Below, one piece after another: positions 24,025-34,544 of a stretch of DNA of 64,000 nucleotides. The notes below the pieces were generated by a model, which was not told the origin of the DNA, ran no database searches, and saw only the letters and a program-made list of their open reading frames with translations. The position numbers and the translations under genes were made by a program. Position 1 is the first letter of the stretch. The number at the start of each line of letters is the position of its first letter. Origin of the DNA: Cyanophora paradoxa CCMP329 (lineage: Eukaryota; Plantae; Glaucophyta); contig QPMI01000503.1 in the NCBI GenBank assembly GCA_004431415.1, forward strand, positions 244,163-308,162, given 5' to 3'.

Positions 24025-27000
24025 TCACGCAGCGCCGGCGGCCGAAGGCTTGGTGCGGGCCGGGGCCGGCTGCGCGGGCTCAGAAGGCGGCGCCGACGCA
24101 CGCGGGGCCGCCTCGAAGCGAGAGAGGAGATCGGCCGCCTCCCCCGCGGCGCCGGCGGGCCCTGGGCCGCGTACGAGCCCAGCGGCCAGGTCGGGCCCGA
24201 GCCCAGGACCCCCAGCGCCGCCGCCGCCGCCGCCGGCGGGGCCGGCGAGGGCGAGGGCAGCCCGCAGGTCGGATACAGCCGCCTCGAGGGCGGAGACGCG
24301 GGCGGCGAGGAGGGCGACGGCGGGGTCGGGCGGCCCCCCGGGCCGGCGCGGGCGGCCGGGGCGCCGGGGCGAGAGGAGGGCGGGGAGGGCGAAGGCGAGG
24401 GCGAGGAGGAGGGCGAGGAGGCGAGGAGGGCCGAGGGGAGCGGAGGAGCCCAGAGCCTCCCCTGCCATCGCCCAGAGCACCGCCTGGGGCGCCGCCTGCG
24501 CCCCGGCCGCGGGCCCGCCGCCTGCTCCCCCGCCCCCGCCCGGCGAGCGCTGCCGCCGCTGCGGGGGCGGCCGCCTCCTCGGGGGCGGGGGCGCCGACCC
24601 GGCGGCGCGCCTCCTGGATCCACACGTCCGTCGTCTCCCGCGTGTTCTTCGCCACTGCGGGGCGAGCGGGGCCCGTCAGACGGGGCCGGGCAGGGGCGAG
24701 CGGGAAGCGGGGGGGCGGGGGCCGCCGGGCGCACCGCTCTCCTCGATCTTGCCCTTCATGAGGACGAACTTGAGGAACTTGGTCTCGAGGGAGACGCGCA
24801 GCCGGACGGCCGTGGGCGGCAGCCGGGGCGAGGGCGTCTGCGGGGAGGTCTGGCCCCCGGAGGCCGGCGCCGCCGACGCCGCCGCCGCGACGTCCTCGGC
24901 CTCGGTCCGGGGGGAGATGGGCGGGGTGGTCAGGGGCGTGGTGGTCGCGCCTGGAGGCGCCGTGGGGCCCAGGGCCGGCGTGGGCGGGGCCGTCCCTGTG
25001 CCAGACGCCGCGGCCGCGTCGGTCCCTCGGCCGGCAGCGGGCGCGGGGCGGCGGCGGCGGCGGGTGCGGCGGGCGCGGCGGCGGCGGCGGCGGCGGCGGC
25101 GGGGGTGGGAATAGGGCCTGGCGCGCGTCGGGCTGAGCGGGCGGGCGCGGGCGGGGGGAGGGCGAGGGGCGGCCTTGGGGACACGGCGATGAGGGCCGGG
25201 GGCGGGGTCATGCGGGGCGGGGCGGAGACGGAGGGCGGCAGGGGCGGCATCGGCGGGAGCGAGGCCGCGGCGGCCGCGCCGCCGGCGCCGGGGACGGCCG
25301 CGATGCTCCAGAGCATTTCCATGGAGAAGGCGTCGGCGAAGGGCACGTCGAGGTTGGAGGCGGTGGAGCGGAGGAGGGCGCCGCGCCCGTCGGGCGCCGC
25401 CCTGTAGTGCTGCTGCTCGGCGACCCGCGTCGACTTGGGCCCCATCAGCTGGCCCTTGATCGGGGTGCGGTATAGCACGCGGCGCTGGAGGCCGGCCCCG
25501 TCCCCCCGCGGCTCCCACCGCGTCACCTCGATCTCCGAGTGCCCACACGCCCGGTGCCAGTCCGCCACGAAGCCAGACTCGTCCGACAGGAAGAGCGCGA
25601 AGAAGCGCTGCGGGGGGCGTGAGAAGGGGGGGGGGGGGAGGAGGAGGAGGGGGGAAAATCCGGGGGGGTACGCGGCGCGCCTGGACGTCCATGTTGGGGA
25701 AGGTCGCGTCGGCGATCTGCTGCGCCGCGGCGCCCATCTCTGCAGGCGGCCGGCGTGAGGGGGCGGGCGCGGTGCCGGCCCGTGCGCGGGGCGGCTCGGG
25801 CGGGGCGCAGCGTACGGAGGCCCGCCCAGAGGAGGGGCGCCGGGTCGAAGGGGGCGGCGGCGGCGGGCCCCGCTGGAAGGGAGGCGGCCATGGCCAGAGG
25901 CAGAGCCGCGGGGCCCGCGGCGCTGGTGCCGACGCCCACTCCGGCTCCGACGGGGGGTACCGGGTGCACGGATCCGTCCGGAGCTGCCGTGATCTCGGGC
26001 GGCGGCGCCTGCCCCAGAGCCGCTTTCCACGCCCCCTGCGCGCCGCGCTCGCCGGGGACCGGGGGTACGGGGGGGCGGGGCGGGGGGTAGGGGTACCACG
26101 ATGACGCGGAAGGCCTCGTCGCGGTACAGGAAGCTGCCAAAGAAGACCTAGGGGGGAGGGATCAGGGGCGAGGGTGGGTACGGCGCGCCTTCGGCAGCGG
26201 GTGTTGGGGTGGGGGAGGAGGGGAGTGGGCGTGCGGGGAAGGGCGGACGGGGGGTACCTTGTCTCCCTTGGTAGTCGTCACCTCGATGGCGTTGGGAAGG
26301 ACGAAGGCCTGTGGGGGTACCGGAGATTAGTATCGGGGCGGGGGGGGGAGCCGGAGGGGGGTACGGCACCGTGTTCTTCTTCTGGATGTCGGCGACCTCG
26401 GCGAGGGCGATGCACTCGCGGGTCTCGATGCCGAACATGCTCGTGAGGGCCGACTTAAAGCAGATGTGCTGCGAGAAGAGGAACAGCCGCCCCTGCAGCA
26501 GGATCTTGCGCTGGATCGCGCAGGAGTAGTCTGCGCGGCGCGACGGCGGCAGCGTGAGCGCCGGCGCTCTGCTCGGCGCCCAGCGGCGGCGGCGGCGGCG
26601 GCGGGCGGCGGCGCACTGGTGATGAGGAACTCCGAAGCGGGGAGCCCGAACTCCTCGTGCACGTTCTGCTGCGGGGCAGTGTGAGCAGCGGCCATGCGCC
26701 CGGCGCCGGCCGCGCCACAGCAGTGACGAACCACGGGCGTCGCCGACGTAGCAGGCGGGGCCGGCGTCGTGCTCGTCGCTCGCCCCTCCGCGGCGGCGGC
26801 GACAGCGGCGGGTCCAAAGGATGCCGATCTCACGAGGTGCGCACTTGGGGCTGCGCCCGGCGTCGGAATTCCGTTCTCGGCCTGCATACGCAGGAGCCGG
26901 GTCAGCGGTGCGGGGCGCGTGCGCCGGGCGGGATTCGATCTGGCTCGCCTGCAGCTCGTCTAGCATCTTGCCGGGGACCTGCAGCATCCCAAGTACGTCC

Positions 27001-27610
27001 CTCGACATGCTCCGGAGCGATCGCTCGAACATTCCGAAAGCCGAGGAGCTGCGGTCGATGTCCTCTATCCTGGAGACCAGGTCCGTGATCGATCCAGCTA
27101 CGGACGTCCCGCTCTTCCTCGTGCTTCCGCCTTCCAATCCCCCCGCTGTCGAAGATCGCGCCTGTGCAGGAGGTCCGACGGTCAAAACTAGAACGGCGTC
27201 GGCAGCTCCTTTGAGGACCACAGGGCACTCGCACGCTGCTCAGCGGACAAGGTGCGAACGTTCACATTGAAGACTATAGCTAGCGCATTGCGACCCCGCC
27301 AAATGGATTCGCGCATGAGGGGGTGGGAGAGCACGCGGACCGAGAAACTTGGGACTCGACTCGTGGGCGCAGGCCTCGCAGGGGTCGCGGGCGTAGATGA
27401 GCTCATTCTCTGGCTGGAGCTCTCCGGCTCTGGATCGGCGGACGTTGCAAGGCTGGGGCTCGGGGCGGTGGTCGACGACGATGGGCCAAGAGAATTCTCG
27501 ACCGGAGGCGGCGCCGGACTCGCTGCGGGCGCGATCGCCGGCGAAGAAGGCGCCACGGAGTCCTCCCACTCATCGGCGTCCGCGACGGCTGCTTCCACAG
27601 CCGTCGCCAT
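24025..27610 (-). CDS. GRAM + VASt (StART-like) lipid-transfer protein, GRAMD1/LAM/VAD1 family, with C-terminal TM and coiled coil
   Basis: EEFGLPASEFLIT|DYSCAIQRKILLQGRLFLFSQHICFKS..IQKKNT|AFVLPNAIEVTT..VFFGSFLYRDEAF (GRAM); RFFALFLSDESGF..PIKGQLMGPKSTRVAEQQ..LDVPFADAFSMEMLW..FVLMKGKIE (VASt); LLALLLALAFALPALL (TM). Apparent frameshifts fall in G/C runs. Confidence 0.88.
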
Positions 27611-28387
27611 GGTTCAGGTTTCTGCGTACCCCCCTGCGGATGAGCCGATGCGAGTGCGAATCGATATCGCAGCTGGCGCTTTGCGGCACGGCGCCTCGTG
27701 CGTGCGATCGGAGCCTCAGAGGCTAGCGAGCGCTTGCACTTGAGCCGCTGGTACGTACTAGTACTGGGCCACGCGCCCGCGGCCAGCGCCGGCGGCGCCC
27801 GGCCGGGATCAATTCGGAGTGATCATGAACGCGCGCGTACGTTCGATGTTGAGCCCCAGCGCTAGCGCGCGCTAGCTATAGCATGCGCAACGCCGTGACG
27901 CCTATAGCTAGCTATAGGCGGCTCAATCAAGGCGGCCTCGGGCGCAAAAGCGGGCCGGGCGGGCGTTGGCCCAAGCCGATGAGGATCGACGGCGTCTAGT
28001 TTTTAGAGTATACGAATGTACACGTGTAGAGAAGACACAGACACAAGATTACAAAAGCGCTAAAAACGGATCCTGTCATGCGCAGGCCCGGGTATTATTA
28101 CTGCTGCCTGCTGCTGTCTGCCGATGAACGGGGACTTCACTTCAAAACTGGATTATGAAATGAACTCAGTGACTACACGATGGTGGTGTGGATGAGATGC
28201 GGACGGGCGGGGAACTATCACAGTAAGGCACACGACTGGATTATGAAATCGACTCTGTTCCTCTCTGACTACGAGAGAAATAAAAGAGGATGCCTACGCG
28301 AAAATCTAGCTAATGATTGGCGCCCGGCAAAGAACTCGAGGCGGGCGCCATCGCCATCGGTCCTCCAGGCGGGGCGGGGCCCGGGGC

Positions 28388-30707
28388 TCAGGCGAGGCGG
28401 GCGGAGGCGACCCCGTGGGCCTGCGAGGCGCTCCCGCCGATGTTGTCCCCGCTCCGCTTCTCGTACAGCGCCCTGCCCCGCCGCCCCCGCCTCTCAGAGG
28501 TGGGGGCAGGGGGGAGAGGAAGGGGATGGGGTACCGGATCTTCATGCCGAGGATGACCTGGAAGAGGCCTGTACCCGTGAGGCTCCCGGGGAAGTCCGGG
28601 TTCTTGAGCAGCTGCTCCGTCAGCTCGCCGTGGTGCCTGGGGTGCGCGGGTTCAGTGGGGGGGGGGGATCGAAGAGGGGGTACGACGCACTTGGTGGAGG
28701 TGTTCTTCAGGTGAGCCTCGACGTACGAGAGCTCCTCGAGGTTCTCGTACGCCCCGTCCACCTGGGGGGTACGCCGCTGAGCGGCGGGACCCCAGGGCGG
28801 CGCCCTCGGGGGTACAGACCTCGATCAGGGACACGTCGTTGCCCATGAAGGTGTCCGGCCCGTACCTGCGCGGGGGTAAGGAGAACCGCAGGGGTACCGC
28901 GAAGAGGAGAGGGGCCGGGGTACCAGAACTTGATGCCCGGGTAGGAGCAGGTGAGCTTGCGGCCGCAGGGGATCCACATGCTGCGCGGCGGGCCGGCCGG
29001 TTGGTCGGGCGGGGAGAGAGGGTGGCGGGCTCGGGGGTCCGGCCGGGGGGGTACGCACATGGTGGAGCCCTCGTCGTAGAGGTACGTGGGCTCGAAGGCG
29101 GGTACGCCCTCTTTCTGGATCATCCGCACCCGCAGCACCTTGTGCTCCTGCGCCCAGGCCGGTCGGTCTAGAGGGGCGGGTCTAGAGGGGGGAGCGGGCG
29201 TGGGGGCGGGCCTTGTCGTTGGGGATGAGGTTGGTGGGGAGGATCTGGAGGACAACGTCGGCGAGGGCCTTCTGCGGGTCCACGTACGCCTTGAAGTCCG
29301 GCTGCGGCCGCGGGCGAGGTCAGGGCGAAGAGGGGGCGGGGGGGTCGGGGAGTAGGGGCCCCGCGCCTTGCGCTGCTCGATGGCCTTGATCACGTCCTGG
29401 AGGGTGTGCCCGCGCTCCGCGATGTCGCGCTGCGCCTTCCACGCGAACCTGGCGCGGGGCGGCCGGGGCTCGGACAGCGCCGAGGCGGCGGCGACGAGGT
29501 GGACTCTAGTGCCGCGCTTGCTGCGGCGCCGGCCGCGCCGCGCCCCGGCGCACTTGATCTTGTCGGAGAGGTCGAGGTAGATGGAGAAGTCGAGCAGCTC
29601 GCGGACCCGCGGGTCGTACATCGGGTGCAGGCCCTCCACCTGCGGGTACGAGGTCAGGGGGACCGGGGCGGGGGGGGACACGGCTGGCCGGTTGGGGCGG
29701 TGCGCGGTGGCCTGGCTCGGCTTGGACGGCGGGTTGGGCGGGCGGGCTAGGCTTGGACGGATAGGCAGTGGTCTGGCTAGGCAAGCAGACCCCGGGGCCC
29801 GGCCGGAGACTCGGCGGGGCGGGGCGGGGCGGGGCGGGGCGGGGCGGGGGCGCACGACGATGATGTGGTTGGGGTCGATGCGCTCGGGCGGGTCCAGCGT
29901 CCCGTGCGTGTGGTTGTACACCGGCTTCATCACCGACTCCCCCCGCTTCAGCGCCGCGATCTAGGGGAGGGGGGGGGAGTCAGTGGGGGGCGGGGGGGGC
30001 TGGAGGGGGGTACCGCGGACGGCGCGCCTGCTCGGCCATGAGGTCGAAGTTGTTGGCGACGGGGTTGAGCGCCGTGACGCCGGCCTTGTTGCGCCCCTCT
30101 CGATCCAGCGTGTGGTAGTCGTCCAGGCAGATCACCTACCGGGTTCGAATTCGAACTCGAAGTTCAAAATTTGAACTCCGAGGGTCGGAGGGAGGGTACG
30201 CGCGCGCACGGTCATGAGGTCGCCGACGGGGGTATGGGCGCCCTCGGGGACCTCCGTCCCGAAGATGTCGTAGAGGCGCCGCAGAAACGTGGTCTTCCCG
30301 CACCCCGAGTCCCCTGGATCAAATTTGAGCTCGGATCAAATTCGAACTGAAAGGAGGGGCGGGCCGAGCGGGGCGCGGGCGCACCGCCCACGCCGATGAT
30401 CAGCGGGCTCGCGCGCTCCTTGTCAGCTGCGCGAGGCGTCGGCGAGGCGGGGCCGGGGAGGGAGGGAGGGCGGCGGCGCACCGGGGCCCCAGGCCTGGCA
30501 GAAGAAGACCGCCGGCCGGAAGCGCGTGCGCGAGGGCCGCGCCGCCGCAGCGCTCGGCGCCCGACCGACGGAGAGGCCCTGGAAGCTCGACGAGGCGGCT
30601 CCAAGCCGCGCCGCCCGCTGGGGAGCGGCGGCCGAGGCGACGGAGGGGCGGGCCGCGGAGAGGGCGCGCGGGGCGGGCGCCGGGATCCCGACGAACAGGG
30701 TCGCCAT
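28388..30707 (-). CDS. PRK: Phosphoribulokinase, plastid-targeted (Calvin cycle)
   Basis: Transit peptide MATLFVGIPAPAPRALSAAR.., then IIGVGGDSGCGKTTFLRRL..VICLDDYHTLDR..KPVYNHTHGTLDPPE..VEGLHPMYDPRVRELLDFSIYLD..FAWKAQRDIAERGH..WIPCGRKLTCSYPGIKF. Confidence 0.97.
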
Positions 30708-31528
30708 AGTGCTGGCCGGTGTCTCTAGTGCCGAATGTGAGCGGCTGCGCTGCGGCCTGGCGATCGACCTCGGAATGGCTCGCTGGCTGGCTGCGCTCGG
30801 GACGGATCGGGCCGCCTGCGACGCCCGCGTCAGGCGCTCACCGGCGCGCAGCGGAGCGCGGAGCGCGATCATCGGATGGGCGGGCGCCCGGAAGCCGCCT
30901 CTATCCCGCCGCGAGCCTCGGAGCCGCACACGTGCGTGCTCGGCTCGCGAGTCGCGAGTCGCCATGGTTGGAAAGGCGGTTGCAGCGGCGATCTTCGCCA
31001 CCGCCTCTCGCGGGACGCCTTATCCCCAAGAAGCGAGCGGCTACGCACCGAGCCGGAGTAATGCTGTGGCGAGCTAGAGGCTGCTGGCTGCTCGGCGTTC
31101 GCTGAACCAGGCGCTGAGATCTAGAGCCGCGGCTGCTCTGCTCAGGCCGGGCGCGTCAGACTGGCTAAGGTGCGCGTGCGGGATGGCGTGGGCCACGCGA
31201 ACCTCGAGACGGTCCTCCTTAGCTTGTGAAGCAACTTCATGCCCAAAACCGCGGGGTCACGATTTTCGGCCGTTGAACACCGTGGGCTTGACGCCATTGA
31301 CGGACTCGCGTCACGGCGTTCTCCTGAACCGCCTTTAGCGGGCCCGTCACCAGAGGGCGGGCTCGCCTCGGCCGAGAAGAGCATCAGAGAGCGACTCCCG
31401 AGTCTATGGCGCGAGCGCCCGGCGCGATCGCAGGGAGCAGTGCTTTGAGCATCGGAGGGGTACAGTCACACTGAGTCGTTGCGGCGAAGCTCGGGCGGTT
31501 CGTTCGCAGGCGAACGAGCTGCTGGAAC

Positions 31529-33257
31529 ATGGAGGAGGAGCCGGATGCTCCAGCGGCTTCGGCGGGGGCGTCGCTGCTGGACCTGCCGGAGGACGTTCTG
31601 CAGCTCATCCTGCACCTCGTCGGCTTCGCTTCGGCATGGCCCGCGCGTCAGACGTGCCGCCGCATCCGCCACGCCGTGGAGGGCGTTCGCGCGGGCGAGC
31701 TGCGGGCTGCGGCGGACGACCCCGCGGCGCTTGAGCGGCTGGCGGCGCTCGTGCGGGCGGGGCGGTTGCGGGCAGATGCCGTGAGTATCACGCTGGAGCG
31801 TGGACGGCGCCGCGCGACGCGAGGCGCGCTGCTGCGGCTGTGTCGGGCGGCGGCGGCCGTGGCGGAGGCCTGCGCGGCGGCGGCGAACGCGGCGGGCGCG
31901 GCGCCGGGCTTTACGGCAGAGCTGACCTTGGAGAACAAGCTCCTGGATGCCGACCTGCTTCACCAGTGGCTGTGGGACGCTGGCCCCAGCCAGTCGCCGC
32001 GGCCGCGGCCGGGGCGCCTCCTGACCGGCCTGCACCTGCCGCCCTCGATGGAGGTCCACGGGGGCGCTGCGCAGTACCTGGGCCGGTGGTGTCCGCGGCT
32101 CCGGCGGCTCAGCTTCACCGTCTCGTGGCGCGCCTGCCACGAGTTCGGGGGCCTGCGGCAGGCCCTGGCGCACCTCTCCGGCCTGCCGCTGGAGGAGCTC
32201 GCGGTCCGCCCCAGCCTGCCCCGCTCCAGCATCGCGGGCGGACACCTCCTCGGCCTCGTCGACACCCCCGCCGGCCGCTCCCTCCGCTCCCTGTACCTCG
32301 GGTCGCCCCCCCCCCCCGCGCGTACCCCCCCCCCGGAGAATCTGATCCTCGTACCCCCGGCCCCAGGGACGAGCTGGACCTGTACTCCGAGTTGGCGGCG
32401 GCGCTCCTCTCCTTCCCCAGGCTCGAGCGCATCGCCTCCAGGCTGCTCGTCCGGTACCCCCCGCCCGCCCCCCTGCCCGCCGCGCTGTACCCCCCACCCG
32501 GCTCCGCAGCTCGGAGGCGGGGGCGGCGCTGCTGGAGCGGCTCCTGCAGCACGGGCCGCTGCGCGAGGTGGCGCTGGCGCTGGAGGAGGACCGGCGGGGG
32601 GGCCTCCTGGCGGGGCTCGGGGCGGCGACGCCCTCCGCAGCGCCCTCCTCGCCGTCCGCCGCGCCCTCGCCCGCCGGCCCTCGCCCCTCTCCGCCCTCGA
32701 CCTCGACATCACCGCCGGTACCGCCCCGCCCCGCCCCGCCCCCGCCCCGCCCCGCCCCGCCCCGCCCGACCCGTCTCGCGCAGGGTCCACGGGGGCGACC
32801 TCGCGCCCCTGCTGGAGGCCGCCGGGCCCGTCCTCCGGACCCTCCGCCTCCGCCTGGACGCGCCGCCCTCCCGTGCGAGCTCGCGGCCCTCGCCGCCTGC
32901 GCCTCCGCCGGCGGGCCCGCGCCGGCGCCCCGCCTCGAGTCCGTGCTCCTCTCCCACCCAATCCCCGGGGACGTCGAGGCCGAGGGCGCGCCGCCCGGGT
33001 ACGAGTCCCTCGCGGCCCTCGGCGACCGCCTCGAGGTACGGGCGCTGCCCTAAATGTAGACGCGCGGCGCGCCGTCCTGCTTTGACCTCTTCTCCCCGCA
33101 GGTCTGGCTCGTGGCGGGACGGGGCCCGCGGCCCACGGCGACGCCGGGGCGGCCCGGGGCCCTCGGCGCGGTCCAGCGGCTCCTGCCCGCGGCCCGCGTG
33201 CGCGTGCATCCCGCCGCCGAGCCGGATGGTCCCTGTTCGGATGACGATGTCAATTAG
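31529..33257 (+). CDS. F-box protein with degenerate LRRs
   Basis: SLLDLPEDVLQLILHLVGFASAWPARQTCRRIR (F-box); WCPRLRRLSF, LPLEELAV, RSLRSLYL, FPRLERI (LRR-like). The last exon VWLVAG..VHPAAEPDGPCSDDDVN* ends inside an inverted repeat. Confidence 0.8.
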
Positions 33258-34544
33258 AATATTCCTAGCTCGATGCAGCATTCCTAGCGCCATCATTGCC
33301 GCCCCTCGGACCCTTGTCATCGTTGCGGATTTCGAATGAATTATTATTGTTATTGCTATTACGATATCGATAATGTTTTCCACACACACATGCCCGCACG
33401 CGCATCACGTCGCCATCCACGCCGGTGTGCTCACGCGCACGTGCCGCGCGCGCAGGCGACGAGCCCGACCTCGTGTACACGACGGGCGCCGACGGCATCA
33501 CCCGCGCCCTCCCGTGGTGCGTGCCGCGCGGCATGGGATCGGGGGCCCCGCTCGTGGCAGTGTTAACGTTGCTACGTATACGCATACTCTTGCTAATGTC
33601 GGTAATCTTCGAATTCTGTGCGCAGGCAAGAAGGGGTCACGCCCGGCTTCGAGATCGTCCCGATCAAGCAGGTCGTACTCTCCACCGAGAGGACGGTTAC
33701 TGGCAAGGGCGGCAAGGCCATGCCCGTTCCGGTCAAGCTGAAGGTGTACGAGGGGGCCGGCGAGGAGACGGAGAACGCGGACAGCGGGGACGACGACGAG
33801 GGCGACGGGATCGAGCACATCGGCGACGCTGAGCCCAAGCCCGAGGTCGCGGGCACCGAGGCCCTTGAGGAGTCGGAGACGGTCGATCTTGCCACCGAGG
33901 TCGCCGTCGCGGATTCGCTGGACATCTCTGCGGACGGCCCTCCGGAAGTGACCGGGGGCGACGGCATCGCGGTCCCGCCGACCGACGAGAGCCTGCAGTC
34001 CATGCCAGCGCAGTCCGACGCGTTCGGCCAGCCTGTGAGCCATGAGCTCGAGGATGCGGATGGCGGCGCGGCCTTGGACGACGAGGTGCGGCGCAGCGGC
34101 TCTGGACGAGTAGATTAAATGCTCGGTGCCGGCCAGCTGCGCAACTGACCCCGCGGCCGACGGGCGCGCAGGTCCTTGAGTCGATGGAGAACGCGGCCGC
34201 AGAGGAGGCGGGCTGGGCGGCCGCCCAGCAGGCCCTCGACGATGCCTCCCTCTAAATGCATTTCCCTGCCGCCTTCTTCATCGTCGTGGTGGCCGTGCAC
34301 GTGTACATGTGATGTGATGCGCGTGCGGGCATGTGTGTGTGGAAAACATTATCGTAATAGCAATAATAATAATAATTCATCCGAAATCCGCAACGATATC
34401 GATGATAAGGGTCCGAGGGGCGGCAATGATGGCGCTAGAAATGCTGCATTAAGCTAGGAATATTCTTATCGATATCGCCATCCGAACAATTGCAAGGACC
34501 AGGGCCCCCTTGCAACAAGGACCAGGGCCTGTCCGGCTCGGCGG
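33214..34544. mobile_element. Non-autonomous element with ~200-bp imperfect terminal inverted repeats enclosing spliced gene fragments (Pack-MULE-like)
   Basis: 33214-33408 is the reverse complement of 34314-34544 (ccgccgagccgga..agaatattcctagc..ctagcgccatcattgccgcccctcggaccctt..aatgttttccacacacacatgcccgcacgcgcatcac). No TSD identified. Confidence 0.65.
33456..34255 (+). pseudogene. Three-exon 3' fragment of an acidic protein gene inside the inverted repeats
   Basis: gcgcag|DEPDLVYTTGADGITRALPW|gt..gcgcag|QEGVTPGFEIVPIKQVVLS..GAALDDE|gt..gcgcag|VLESMENAAAEEAGWAAAQQALDDASL*. No 5' exon. Confidence 0.55.

Noticed and set aside
24025-26100. Frameshifts suggesting pseudogenisation or programmed frameshifting (also in the NPHP3-like and TLK tails)
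   Set aside because: They fall in G/C homopolymer or low-complexity runs, where sequencing indels or unrecognised introns are more likely.
28146-28275. Short direct repeat actggattatgaaat in the PRK 3' region
   Set aside because: Only two copies of ~15 bp with no further structure.
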